Assembly (NCBI GenBank): GCA_013115125.1
Contig: JABANN010000207.1
Location: forward strand, 1-53,063
Source: Perkinsus olseni
Taxonomy: Eukaryota
DNA: 53,063 nt
Direction of reading: 5' to 3'
The translations under genes were made by a program, and so were the position numbers. Numbering within the stretch: the stretch's first letter is position 1; each line of letters begins with the position of its first letter. The notes under the pieces were generated by a model. It searched no databases and had not been told where the DNA came from. It saw nothing but the letters and a program-made list of their open reading frames with translations. Positions 12,101 to 28,440 of this stretch are shown piece after piece.

Positions 12101-14033
12101 AGCCTTGAACCGCTTCGATCCTTCTATTACTACCACGACCAGGACCCCGAGTAGCATGACGGGAAGGCAAGTCTGGAGGAATCAGCTAAGGCAATGGCAG
12201 CAGGGGGGCGAGGAAAATCTTTTCGGTGCCTCTTCCGTGTTAATTAGGGTCCTTTTATCGGGAAGTTGTACAAGTGCGTATGTGCTCCGAGGGGATGCGT
12301 TAAAGTCAATTGTTCTGTGTTGGATGGGCACCTCTCTTTACCCCTACCCGTTTAGGTAGTCATGGTAGGATTGCAACGACCGAGCAACGTTGGGACTCCC
12401 AAAGAGAGAAAAACGACTTTACGTTGACATCCAGACTAAAATCTTATTATTACGAAGCTGCTGCGCAGTCGGCAAGTGAGCTCGAGTGGTCAGATAAAAT
12501 CACTACAAAACTGAGAGCGGGGGGAGGAACGGAAAGAGGTGTAGAAGGAGAGCTCACCTGTGGCAGGCAGGTGGTGATGAAATAGATATTTTCAAAAAAG
12601 TCCACACCTTTCGGGACGGAGCGAAGCCCGAAGAAATCCTTCATTTGCGTAGCAAGTATAACAAAGGCTGAACCTGGTAAGATACGTTTTAGGCTGACAT
12701 GTAAAGATACGCCTCTACCTGAAACAAAGCCTGACAGCGCTGGTCTTGATATGAAGCGTACTAAAAACGACATCCGCAATGCTGCCATAACCCAGAGGGC
12801 CACCCCAGTGATGAGGGCAAGCTGGCAGGCTACCCGGGTACCTGACGACAGAGGCAAAGTTCACTATCATAAAAATACAGCCAGACAGGAAAGCACGAAA
12901 ACGGAGATGGGTAAAGGTCGAAGCGAAGAAGGTTTTCACTAGGGTCCTGCTAAGTGGTAGAGACTCATCAAGATTAGACAGTTCACTGTATATCATGACT
13001 GCAGTCTCGTCCGAGTCGACCTCGAAGGCTTCATACTATCAGAACGACAAATTGTCGGGTTGCAATCGTCGAGCCACGGAACCGAATGAACGTCAAATTT
13101 CTATAAAACTTCGTTAATATTGAACGTGAGGACCGCCGTTGTTTTTGGATAATGCGAAAATGAAGGTGATTCAAGTGGATCATTGTAAAACAGAACGCCG
13201 GCCAAACGCGGAGATAATCGGCGGCAGAGCACGGAAAGTATCAAGAACACTTCTATCGGAAATCTGAGAATCTTCGGTGCTTGTGACTTCCACGCATCGA
13301 GCTAAGATACGGAAGATCGCATCACAACAGAGGAAGCATCAGATAGACCCCCCAGCACTGCCTAAAAATGTTTTTTCTGGTTGCGTATTTTTGTTCTTTC
13401 GGTCACAAATTCTCATTTCCTGATGATTTCACAGTTGGCAGGCTCCGACGCCAGACGCGAAAAAATACTGCACAAAAATTGGGCTGCTAGGGAAAGCCGG
13501 ATATTACGCGTTTCGATGTCTCGATATTTGACAACCTGTTCCCCAGTCATGAGTGCCATCATTGCCCCTGTGCCGACCGATAAATGCCTTGACGAACCGA
13601 ACAAGGCGTATCTGAAGCCAACCATATTCGTATCTTACCAGCTTCAACCTAAGATACTACTCACATCAACGGTGGCCACACACAGGAGTAAGGTCCATGA
13701 ATCAAGGTAACATGCGCGATATTAGCGTGGGCCATGCTCTGTGATATCGCTACCAATCCAAGCACAACTCCTCCTCGGATATCCCTCTTCGCAACAGGCC
13801 CCGTGTAAGCCTGCAGTACTATTGTTATCGGTAGACAGTTGAATACAGCAGAAGCCAAGCGCGTTGTGATGGGCTCCTCGGAAGCAGCAGCATTGAGAAC
13901 TTCCGGAGTAGCCCTTCGGATCAGCGGGGTCACCTGAAGGATGGAAGACTCCGAAAGGGAAGGACAGTTTGCAACGGACTGAAACACGGACCAATAAGCC
14001 GCTGGTTAAACGGTGTGAGTATCTGTCCTTCAT
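7869..14033 (-). CDS. SulP/SLC26 anion transporter with C-terminal STAS domain (multi-exon)
   Basis: Spliced translation gives DIRGGVVLGLVAISQSMAHA, YALFGSSRHLSVG, FISRPALSGFVSG, TQMKDFFGL, VGEVPSGLPSFSLP, YDINAGTELTALGAANIIG, GGMSRTSL, YWIPRCALAGIIITA, then STAS-like GPLIFANWEYVKDK and VVIQLGGVPIVDATAVQGLEEL. The last exon (stop at 8310 vs 7869) is uncertain. Confidence 0.9.
9282..9303. repeat. Direct-inverted-direct 22-nt scar (target ATCGAACG)
   Basis: ATCGAAC+CGTTCGAT+TCGAACG, exact; lies in a SulP intron. Confidence 0.85.
10509..10530. repeat. Direct-inverted-direct 22-nt scar (target CGTGTCAG)
   Basis: CGTGTCA+CTGACACG+GTGTCAG, exact; lies in the long SulP intron. Confidence 0.85.
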
Positions 14034-16125
14034 ATCTTTTGTGGCTGTAAATAAGGAGAAAATTTCCGGGGAAACTTCATCTTTCCAACTTTCGGGTCAC
14101 CAAACAAGAAATTAATCAAAAGATTTTTGTCAAAAATCACCAAAAATGCATCCCGAGCTGCGGTATACAACACTGAGGAACCGTGATGAGCCTAGTAATT
14201 ATTATTCTTACCAAGGATCGATACAGAAGGTTCTGCTGCGGCGTGCCAGGCTCCCTCAGACCCTCCCGCCGCAACGACATAGTGAAGGTTACACCGATAA
14301 ATTCTAGTAGTAATGAGATTGCTTTCTTAAAAAAGCGCGCGCCCAGAAAGTAAGAGATTAGCCTCGGAAATTGTGCAGCATACCAGCGCTCGAAAGAATC
14401 TTGTCTAAAATGAGAGTTCCTAAATTTTTCACTGGTCGCCTCGGTATCGAAAATTGGGGATCGGACCGCTGAAAGCCGCCCTTAAGTGAAGGAGGAATGT
14501 CATTTTAGTTTTGTAATGTCTAAGGGCGCCGAGGCCTCGACGAGACTGTGGATGAATCGTCGTCAAGATGCGGCCCCTCCCACCATACCGGAAGGGGGCA
14601 TGCCTGAGGATGATACGTCTTTCGCGATGGACCGTTATGAGGATGACCATCATCAACCTAAGATGCTCGGGTGGGTATCTTATATTCTGTGAAGTGCATG
14701 GATCGGCCTGGTGTGCAGAGGTGGCCGGAAGTCGGGGAAAAAGAGGAGTTCATCGAGAGGGCGGCTGAATGAGACGTCGAGGCAACTGTCACGGTTCAGT
14801 TTGACCTCGCAGGCGAGCAGCTTCTCACAGTTGGAGTAGGGAGAGGTCCCCGGATCGATCCCCTCACCCTGCTTTTATCAGACGCGCCGACCTGTCGTCA
14901 ACCTATCGACCCCCGCCGCCCCAAACCGATTGCTGTGCTTGCCTCGGTACCACTGGGCTCACCACGAGCTTGGTGGTATCTTTTATTCTTGCAGGTGCGG
15001 CTGTTCGGTGGTGCTTCGGTGTGGACCCCTCGGGCAGGGAAATGTTGAATCGCCGAGACCGTCGTCTGGTTGCGCAGCATGAGAAATTGGTACTAACAGG
15101 TCGTTGGGGGAGCCTGGGGGGAGTCGGATTTTCCCTCTCTTGTTTCAACTCGTGAAATCACTGGTCTGAGAAGTTGTTATTTGGTAACTGGGCGATGGCC
15201 TCTCGGCGTAGTGATGCATAGTTCGGGGAGCCTGGGAATATCCTCACGTCTGAGTCACATGTCGTTGACCTGCGGAAATTTAGTCTGGCCATTGATTAGT
15301 GGCTTTCAATGGCTATTTATCATTCGTTCGCTATTCCTATTAATTGGAAGTCCTTGAGTAATAACTGGGCCATGCCGGGTCGGTGTAGTAACGTACTCGT
15401 TGTGGAAGTAGTTTGAAAAGGACCTCAGTCCGCCAACGCATGGGGACTCTTATTGACATGCAAGCTTGTGATGATAAATCACTGTGCTTGAAGGCAATGG
15501 TATCGATATCTTCTCCGACTGCTTCAGGGTCCCCTCGGCGAGGGGTTGTTGGTGGCACCGCCGCCACCGAAGTTGGAGCATTCTATCACGGACAGAGTTC
15601 GGGATCAGGTCATAGGCGAGGGGGTGGGGGGAAGCGGGTTCGACATATTCGATGCTTCGGGAGGTCTAAAAGTTTACACCGTTACCGTAGAGAAGTCATA
15701 CCGCTCGCAACTTGTGGAAAGTGTCGTACTCGAAACGTAGGCGTGTCTCATTTTTCATTTACAGGCATCTTTCATGTTGGATCAACACTCATCAAGAGCG
15801 CGAGATTTTTCTCGGGAGAGTCTCGCACGCCCGCTTTGAGAGCACGCCAGAGTACTTGTTAACATTTAGTTTACCATGTTTGTATAGCGCCCTGTTACGC
15901 AGTGAGAATTAGTTTCTATCGATGAGAATTCATCGTCCGTCTCGCCCCGCCGAGCTTTAATCACTCTCGTGTGTCATAGCGAACCCAGTGGCAGTTCTGG
16001 TGTAGTGGAACTCGTGAAAACTCGTCTCATCGCTCCTGACGGATCCCGAGGATCTGACGGAGTGGTATCAGGTTTATGAGATTCAGCGTCAACGGAGTGA
16101 CCGGACTAGTTTCATAAATCCTGGG

Positions 16126-19521
<3,396 letters not shown>

Positions 19522-19804
19522 TGAGTTCAAAATGCATCCCATCATGGGCAGAAGCGTGCTTAACGGCCTCCGAGGATGATGATGATAACGATAGGGCCGG
19601 GGGACTTCGACCAACCTCGATGACCCGTCGGGCAGCCTTCTCGAAAACCCTGCACGGTGATGCAGATTCGCGTTTAACCAGTTACTTGGAACGAAGCAGT
19701 CCTGATAGTGGAAACTGCGTGGATCCTGTGAGCAGTAGTACAGTGGAGTTCTGCCTGATACTGCTCTGGCTCCTTCGGAGGCTCTTCTCATCCAAGGGGC
19801 TTTG

Positions 19805-19826
19805 CGTACGGGCCGTACGGTACGGC
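19805..19826. repeat. Direct-inverted-direct 22-nt scar (target CGTACGGC)
   Basis: CGTACGG+GCCGTACG+GTACGGC, exact. Confidence 0.85.
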
Positions 19827-20734
19827 CCGGAAACGGCATGAGGCGTGGTACAATCGGGTCGTACGATTTGGCTTCATTTGACGCTGATGCCTTGGTGCCT
19901 CCTCATGTTCCCATTGCTGGCTTGGTGGCAACGTTTGCTCTTTGCGCTCTGAGGAGCTGTTGAATCTCAATCTCGGCGATGTCCGCTTTACTTTATCTCC
20001 GCCGCGGGTATCGAAGACGTTGTTTATGAAATGTTCAAAGACGGATGGGGCAGGGGGATCGCTATCAAGTTCCTCGCTGCAAGCCCGCTGACTATGCTCA
20101 CGCCATGTATCGACGGCTACCACCTGAGCTACGGATGGCCTACACTTCCGCTGTCAGGGAGTACTTTCGACAGAACTTCTGGCAACGGCCCCACTCAGCT
20201 CTCACACGGTCACCGTCTTTCCAATCTCAACCATTAGCCTCGGTTTTCTTGGTTAACCGAAAGTGCGGTGCATCTGGATGCTCCAGTGAACTCGCGATTC
20301 AGTCAAGCTGTAGCTGAAAATAGACCCGGCTGAGGCTACTTCGTCTTTGTAGAGGTCTGCATGGTTACGTAGCTCCGATAATTCGGCGTGCCTTCGGCCG
20401 GTGCGACGCTTGTGTGAGGATGTCTTTAAGCCCAGAGCTCCGGGTCTCGACCCATATCAACGGCGCATAAGACTAAGTATGAAGGGAATATATTATACCA
20501 ACTATAAAAAGTATCAAGCAAATGTAATTGCTATGTAAACTGAGCCCGAGATGAGACATTCACCTGAGTATCCGATGAGAACACTTTTTCTTTTTTCCCG
20601 GTCTCGTCTCTCGTTATGATAGCGATTCGGCAGGAAAAACCTATTTTTTCTTTGCCGAATCGGTCATCGGTGATGACCGATATCTTGAAACTAGTGCTCG
20701 ACGCTGAACTTTGTTGTGTTGACAGGCCATAGCG

Positions 20735-22164
20735 ATGATCAAGGACGAGTCTTCCTCGAGCGGCTCTGAAGGCTCTGAAGGAGAAATAAGCAGCGCGTAC
20801 GAGACAGAAGTTGAGGTCAGCATCGATTCCATTACCATCATTGCAGTCCGGAATACTTGCCGGCGTGTGATGATGACGAAGACGAGGCTCAACATCGGCA
20901 TCGACAGGATTCTCGAGGAAGTCTTGGGGGCCGTCGGAAGAGGATCAAACGACGGTGTCGTAAACGATGCCAAAGCTGGTGTGGTGAGTCGGAGGTGACG
21001 AGTAGTGGCGGTCTGTTGTGGCGGCCTGGGATATGACATGTCCTTTCTTGCTCAAATGTTTTTCGCAACCGCTCTCGAATCCTAGGCTGAGTCTTCTCTC
21101 TCAGGCCTCACATTGGTGACGCAGAGTGAGCCTTCCTCGCCTTACGCCCTGGCCGAAGCGGCGACTGATGATGCATTGAAAAGTAGGCGATGGTGCTTCC
21201 AGCAGGTGCTGAACAGATCGGCCGGACCTGCACCGTATGCTTGCAACCTGAGAAAAGGGTGCACTTGAACTACAGGGTCCTTGCTTATTCACTGATCGCG
21301 GTCTTGGAGAATCTCGGAGGGTCGTTGGCTCTCTGAGGCTGACGATTTCCCCTCAGGACTCCAAGAAGGCCGCCCGGGCACGCCTGCGGTGCCGAGTCTG
21401 ACGCGAAGGATCGGTCTTGACTTCCGTAAGAGTGATGATAGGCTGGGCCCTCTTAATGAGGATGCCGGGAACGAAAGAGCCGATTTCACTAAGGTGAGAA
21501 GACTGGTGAATCTTGCAATATAAGGTATTCTTGCATTTTTTCAACAGCCAGTATTGACTCGATGGCCAACGGAGGACAGCATGTCGCTGTCCGACTCGGA
21601 GATCAGCCCCTCCCGTTCCCTTGGCAGCTTTAGGGGGAAGGTGAGGCCACCTCGAGCGTCGCTCCGCCGTATGCCGATCGTCAGTCGCCCCCATTCAACG
21701 CGTTCCCTAAGAGATCGACCTTTCAACGGAGCCCTCCGAAGGAGCGAGGTACGCACGACGAGCATGCACACCCCGATTGACGCTCCGTCGCATCAGAGCT
21801 GTCGGGAGAGAGCATGCCTTCAGAAGCGAATGCCGATACGAAGCGGCGCCAAGCAGGGCCGCTTGTGAACCCGTTGAGAACGGGGCAGTACTTACTTCCA
21901 CCTGCTGACAGCAAGGTAGGCTGCGTTCCTATTCTCACATATTTTTGCGTTTTGTGGCGCCTCTTGGTCTTTCCGGACTACGCGTCGTTCGGTCAGCGAT
22001 CGTGGGGTCTTCTTGACTGCTCGGGCTCCCAGTGTCGTCGTCGTTTCAGGTTGAAAGGCAGCGCACTAACTCGTCAAGTGACCCCTCCTCAAGCTCCGAA
22101 CTCTGGGAGAGCCTCGAGTCCCTTCCAAAGTTGCAGATCCCCTCAAGCCTGCCTCCTCCGATAG
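20735..22164 (+). CDS. Probable multi-exon hypothetical protein (Ser/Arg-rich)
   Basis: ATG ORF MIKDESSSSGSEGSEG... ending at a GTGAGT donor, with further low-complexity exon-like segments; no domain recognised. Confidence 0.35.
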
Positions 22165-22921
22165 ACCCTTTCAAGCCGGATCAGCGATAGCCGGGTGCCG
22201 AGTAGAGACCATGTCTCGAAGTTTTTTATCATTACCGTATCATTATTCACTCTCCTCGTACCTCTTTTCGACCAACTCTCAGTAGTTGCCTCTGCACACC
22301 TCCAGCTCACGGTTCACTTTCTAACGATTTTGTAAGGCTGTTGACACTTCTCGGTATGAATGGTTGTTGTATCTCTTGCGGCCGATGGATGCTCCTGTCT
22401 AAAGTGGGCGGTGTTCTCTCCTGTCGGCCCAGACCTGTCACAACTGTCTCTAAACTGCCGCATAGTTGTGTTGTTAGTCGACCAACTCTCGACCGCTCTT
22501 CACTGGGCTGTGGCATGGTAGATGATACCCCTCCTTTAAGGAGCGAACCGTTCATTATCATTATCCTCCCTTGTCACGGTTAACGACCTCTTTCCGCTTC
22601 TACTGCTGGTTTGCCTCTTTAGTGCTTCCGAGGCAGTTAAGGCTTGGAGCAGCAGCAAGATCGAAAAGAAATGATTGAAACCTGGTTTAGCTCATTAAAG
22701 GGAGCCGTGCCGAGTGTCGATGATGCCACCAGGAACACTCTCGTGACGGTGTAAATACACTTTTGAGGCATCTGTCTTTGAGTGTCCGTCGGCCAAGCTG
22801 CTCGGCCCATTAGATGCCTCGGGTTCGGGAGCCCTCGATATCCTTTCCCGACACGAAATTGGGGATAAGGCCGATGTGACCCCGTCAGCTGTGTTCGCCT
22901 GCAGTGTGTCGTTGCTCTGTC

Positions 22922-25816
22922 ATGTCCTATCGTGAGGTCCGTGAGTTCTGCGAATGCCTTCGAGGTCTGGGCTTCCATCGAGTGGTGTCCTTATCCAACT
23001 TCAAGGAACCCAACTTCGAGCTCACAGCTGAGCTCATGGACTGGCTCGTCACTCGGTCGGAGCTGGTGACGTCGCAGCTAGTCACCACCGTGGCTTAGGT
23101 TGAACCCGGACATCACCCTGCCGGAAGATATCGATACTGAGGCCCAAAGGGTGGAGTTTATAACACAAGCGATCGAAGTATGACCAGCAAACTCGCAGCG
23201 GTCGTCGACGATCCGTACTCCAGGCCGTTGGGTCGTCGGCGAATATCAGATTGAACGCTCGGAAGGTGTACGGAGCCGATAGCTACGCCGTGAAGGAAAT
23301 TCTCAAGGTGAGGCTCTTCGGCGTCGGGGCTCCGGTCATCATAGCTCACGACCGGGGGGACGAACGAGCAGCTCCTAGGCAGACGACTGTGATTTCGGCA
23401 AGGGGGAATTTGGCTGGGGTGCGGTGGGAGAAGGCCCCAGTGGACACTGTTCCTGCCCAGGTTGCAAGGTATCTCTGTCGAGCTTGTCGAATTGGCGGCG
23501 GCACTGATGAGTACAGCACAACGAAACAGGTGGGCTCCCTCGGCATGGGGTGGCATGCCCGACTTTAATTCTGGATCTCCATCCATCGAATACTAGCCTC
23601 GGACCCTTCTCTGAGCTGGTACTCGTGGCTGTCTCATTGAAGTACCCTCACGGCGGTCTTGGAAGGCTGCCTGGAAGCTGCTGATGCACTACGATGCTCA
23701 TGACAGGTGAGGGGTCTTGACCCCAGCACGAAGTTGGAGGATGTCCTCAGCGGAGACCTCAGGCCAATGAGCTTCCTGTCGAGTGAGATCCTGGAGGCAG
23801 GTGGGTTCGAGAGGGCACCCAAGCAGCCGAACACTCGGACCTCCAACAGGTGCCAAACTTCACTCCCTACTCCAAGTAGAGACGATGCCTGACACGGAAG
23901 GCGGCTCTGGAGTGAGGGGGGGGGTCCCTTCGGAGGCCCGTCCGGTATCGTGGCTATGCAGGTCCGTAGGGCTCGACAGAGAGCTGTGAAGTTCCTTGAG
24001 GGCATCAGTCGCAACCTGCAGTCCGATCGAGAGCAGGTCAACGTTGAGCGGCAGGTGGGGCGTCTGCGGGCTGCGGCCTCGGATACTCAGTATGCTGCTT
24101 ATCAGCTCACTTCCCTGCTCACCGGCCAGTCTCAATCGGCCGAGAGGCTGACGCAGATGTGCAGGGAACTGGAGGATGATAAAAGGGGACTGGAAGAAGA
24201 GGCAGGGATATCTTTTGGTCCGTATCTTCCTAGAGTCGACCTCGTGAGTGTCAGGTTAAGAAGAAGCAAGTCGAGCTCGAACGTACGAGCAAAAGGCTGG
24301 CGGTAAGATTCTCTTCTCTCACGGTAACACTCTACCCGTGTTACCCAGCGCTGCTGTCGATTACTTACTGATTTTGATGCTACTGGAGTTTCCACCAGGC
24401 TTCCACGAATTAAGAGCATCACGAATCATTCTGATGAACATACTTGAAAGTGAATATAAGAGCATCCCCACGAGCGTCGGCGTCGGGTCAGCGTCTCTGT
24501 TTCACGGATGGAGGGCGCGTGAATTACTGCGCATTTTCAGTAGACTCGGGACCCCTCTTCCCTTGTGATAGTATAAGCTTGCGTCCTTGCCCTCAGGGGT
24601 TGAAGACAGTCCGACCAGCGTTTATGGATGAGTACGAAGAGCTGCAGGACTACTTGGACCGGTGGGCGTTGCGATGGTGGTGGTGGTGGCGGCGGCAGCT
24701 GGTCTATGGGCTGCCCTGCTAGGCTCTATGAGGCCTACGTCGAGCGGTTCCGAAATCTAGACTACCTCGAACAGGAGCTTGATATGCTCAACCGGGAGGA
24801 GCAGGAACGAGTGGACGCCAACGAGAAGAAGTTAAAGGCCTTGCAGAAGAAGCTCCGTGAGGAGGTAAGTCCCCACTGCCAGGAGAGGTTACTGACTGAT
24901 CTGGATCAGGAGTGGAAGCTCTTGCGAGGCGACACGGAAGCCAATGACCTGCCTGCTGCCGCTTCCTTTGCAGCCGACTACCCCAGGTATGCCCACTGAG
25001 TTTTATCCGCCGGCCATCTTGAACTCACGGGGCGGCTTAGGGGAGATAGATTTCGGCGTATCCTCATTCGGAGGGAGCTTCTCCGACACTGACCAGCACC
25101 AACCAAAGATTCCTTGATCGTTTTCGCCAGGCCCATGTCCCGCGATAGAAACTTCCGTGACGGAGGTCGGCGGAGGTCGCGAGTTCAGCAGCAGGACTAT
25201 CAAGTGCCGGAGGGGTTCAGACAAATGGAGCATGATGAGTGAGAACACAGAATCATGAGTGTTGCAAAACAATTTCGTGGCGCGCGAAATCTCACCGATG
25301 GTCATTCAGTCAAGCTCGTGCTCCCTCCCAGGTTCGGCCCTGCACCGGGCGTCGATGCTGCAAACGATTTCGACGAGCCCGAGTTCATCGACTCGGGTTC
25401 GGACGGTATCGTTTCGGTTGGTTCCAAACCCGAGGAAGGCCTCGTGAGGCTTCCACTGGTCAACCATCACCCACAACTCCATCGCGCCTTAGGTTGGCTC
25501 TTCGTCCACCCTCGACCTCGGGACGGCCGCTGCGGTGGAGCCACCCAATGGCGTCGATGATGATGACGATGAGATTATCGTAGAGAGCGATGAGGAGACC
25601 ATGATAAGCCAAGGCACGCACTCCTATCGATGTGTGGTTGACGTATCTTGTAGGTGAGGTGACATCTGACGAGGAGGTTGAGATCATCGAGGACAGTGAT
25701 GCTGAGGAGGCCCCGGGTCGACAGCATCACCATGAGGTGAGATGACTGACCTCATCGGCCTTTTGTTGGATAATCCTTTGTAGAGCCCGTCCTCCCAGAA
25801 CAACTATGACTTCTGA
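22922..25816 (+). CDS. CLUAP1: Clusterin-associated protein 1 / intraflagellar transport protein IFT38
   Basis: MSYREVREFCECLRGLGFHRVVSLSNFKEPNFEL, DIDTEAQRVEFI, LNARKVYGADSYAVKEILK, LKTVRPAFMDEYEEL, YVERFRNLDYLEQEL and an acidic tail ending NYDF* match recalled CLUAP1 motifs. Confidence 0.92.
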
Positions 25817-26013
25817 TAGCCTCTGCAGCTGCCATTACCTGTATCATGTACACCTCCATGCTATCACTGTCGACTAGTACCTCTACAGGGGGCACCTTCG
25901 ATATCTTCCCTGCTGTGTTTAGTTCTACTGAGTGTCCGGGGCTTGCCCGGAATCTTAGGTTAACCCGTGTCTCGATCGTTCAGTTGTTGATTCCCCGTGC
26001 CATCGTCGCCCCC

Positions 26014-26596
26014 ATGCAGGCCGAGAAGCTTTTTGCGATCTTCGAAGCGTGCGAGCATCTCCCTTCTACGCGGCCCTGTCTGTCCCTGCGAGTCTCAGGT
26101 TTTTCAACCACGCCTCTACCCCGGGTGCCGCCCTCGTTGACAAGGTCCATGCGACCTACACCTTCGAGATCTTCCCCGAGAAGGTCGGCTCTGGGGAGTC
26201 AAAGAAGTGGACCATTGACTTGAACACTCAGCCTGGCAAATGCACTCCCCAGGAGGTTAGACAGCCCCTTGCCTTGGATATGCTTTATGCCTTTTCCTCA
26301 GGGTGGTGGTGACTGCACCTTCCAGCTCTCCGCCAAAGACTTTCTGCAGCTGGCTGCCAACAAGCTGAACCCTCAGATGGCGTTTATGACGGGCAAACTG
26401 AAGATCAAGGGGGACCTCGGCAAAGCGATGAAGTTCACGCCCGACGTGAGCTCATACCATCCCTCCCCTCCGTCGTCGATAGATCTATGTTCAGTTGCTC
26501 CCCAAAGTCGACATGAAGGCGGCGCTGGACGCCTCTAAGAGCCCGAAGGAAATCGTTGCCCTCGTCCTCGGCGGTCAGAAACAGTCGAGGCTGTAG
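26014..26596 (+). CDS. Stand-alone sterol carrier protein-2 (SCP2) domain protein with PTS1 (-SRL)
   Basis: Four exons: ...ATYTFEI...KKWTIDL...DCTFQLSAKDFLQLAANKLNPQMAFMTGKLKIKGDLGKAMKF...GGQKQSRL*. Confidence 0.9.
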
Positions 26597-26734
26597 CCTA
26601 GGAAGTTGGCACAATTTTTATCATCAACTATCACGACAATCATAATCACTTTCATGTGAAGGGCTGCTCGACTTGGTGTTGTCAACTTCGTGGCGAACAG
26701 GAATCTGTTAGTGGGCTGGTTCCCTACATCAGTG

Positions 26735-28440
26735 ATGAGCAATGTCAGTCCGGCATCTCCTAGGCGGCCCCTTCCCTCAATACCACCGTCGTTGGCAGCT
26801 AAACCAGAATGGGCATCTTATTGGCAACGACTACTCCGAATTATCGAGAACCCAACCTTTGACAAAGAGCCACCGGAAATGGTGAGCCTCGAATGCTCGC
26901 GCGAGTCCCCAGGCGCACTGTCGAGTCGACAGTGTCGACAGTGAACTCCGGCTGTTCGGCAAACCTAATTCAACAGAGATTGATAGAAATCTGTCTTCCG
27001 TTACTGAGTACACCCGTAGAACCGTCGTACTGAACGATTCGCAGCTAAGGTGGCGGCATCCCCTCAGGTTTGTGACGTCTGTGGCACAGCTCTCGCCACG
27101 GTGTACTGCCCCGCAGACCGGGCCCACTTCTGTGAAGCTTGCGATGCCTCCCATCACTCTGTGTCAGCCCTGTTGCTGAGACACTCTCGAGTGCCCCTCT
27201 GCCAATCCCCATTCCAGTTTGGGGAGTGCGCGGAGCATCCGCCGGAGCTCATCGAAAGTGTCTGTCTCGACTGTGCTAAGCTGATGTGTCAACACTGTGT
27301 CCTTCTGACTGATCATCCCCCTCACCATCAGCTCATCTCCACCATAGACGTCTTCAGGTAGGCCATCCTCTCTCCCTTTCGGACTGGTCGCCGGAGCACC
27401 TGCTGCCTTTCAGGGCGTCACCTCCCCCATTGCCATCAGACGATCAGCAGAGGCATCTAGTCCGCACTATAGAACTTCTTCATAAGAGAATGCTCTCTGT
27501 GAGATCCAATTTCGTTGCGGTGCGGGACGCTCTCGACAAGCATCTTGCGGACCTCCTCACTCGGTCATCCGGCATCAACCATCAGCGTACAGAGGTCCTT
27601 GACTCGATTAGGAGGGAGGTGACCACCGCCATGCCCCGCCGACGGTTGCCACGGAGTGCAGGTTCTGACTGACCTTATCCACTTCGAGTGGAGCGCTGCC
27701 TTCTACCTCCACCAACGTCTCTGTCTTCCTATGGGAGAGTATCTTGTCGCCCGTGCTAACTACGAAAGAGGTCGGGAGTTCTTAGTACCCGTCCTCCGCG
27801 AACAGGCTATTAATGAGAAAGAACTCGCCACGAAGCGGCTGGAGAGTCGCCTGCCTTCGACGGTAGCTTCGGCGCTGACCCTCTGCACGCTCGGTAGACT
27901 TCATGCAGGTCACAGCTCCCCTAACGGTTAGCGGCACCATGGACGTGTTCCCGGCTGCTGTTGGTGATCGACTCGGGCCACGGACGGAGCTCATGCCTGG
28001 TGGCTTCGACGCTGCTGAACCTCCGGCGGTGGTCGGGGTGAGTGGACTGCAATGAGAACTCTCACTGATTGCCCTGTGTACTCCCTGCAGGATGGAGGGC
28101 TCGTGGTCGCTCACCCGGCCCGACAGCACGATGTTGTCTATGCCTCTAAGAAGAGTGATAAACTTCGTACCAGCTCACAAGCATCATCCCGCAGGAGCGA
28201 GGCCACATTGGACGTCATCGACAGCAGCAGCGGCAACGAACCGCCGGTGAGCTGTTTGCCAGCTTTGTTACCGTTCAATGCCGTTTGGTTCAGCCCCGCC
28301 CCTTGACCCCGGCGAGGCCGAGGAGTTCCACTTTGCGCGAACTCATGCTTGCTTCTAGCGGCTTCGTTGATGAGGTTAATAAGCGTAGCATAACCAGCAG
28401 TAACAGCTCGTCTCAGTCGTACCCCATGAGTTCACGATAG
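26735..28440 (+). CDS. Tandem B-box zinc-finger / coiled-coil protein (multi-exon)
   Basis: CDVCGTALATVYCPADRAHFCEACDASHH...HSRVP (B-box 1) and CAEH...CLDCAKLMCQHC...H (B-box 2), followed by a helical region. Confidence 0.85.
26918..26939. repeat. Direct-inverted-direct 22-nt scar (target CTGTCGAC)
   Basis: CTGTCGA+GTCGACAG+TGTCGAC, exact; in the first intron of the B-box gene. Confidence 0.8.

Noticed and set aside
14486-15740. Possible multi-exon plus-strand gene
   Set aside because: Exon-like segments are present, but I could not build a consistent model or assign a family.
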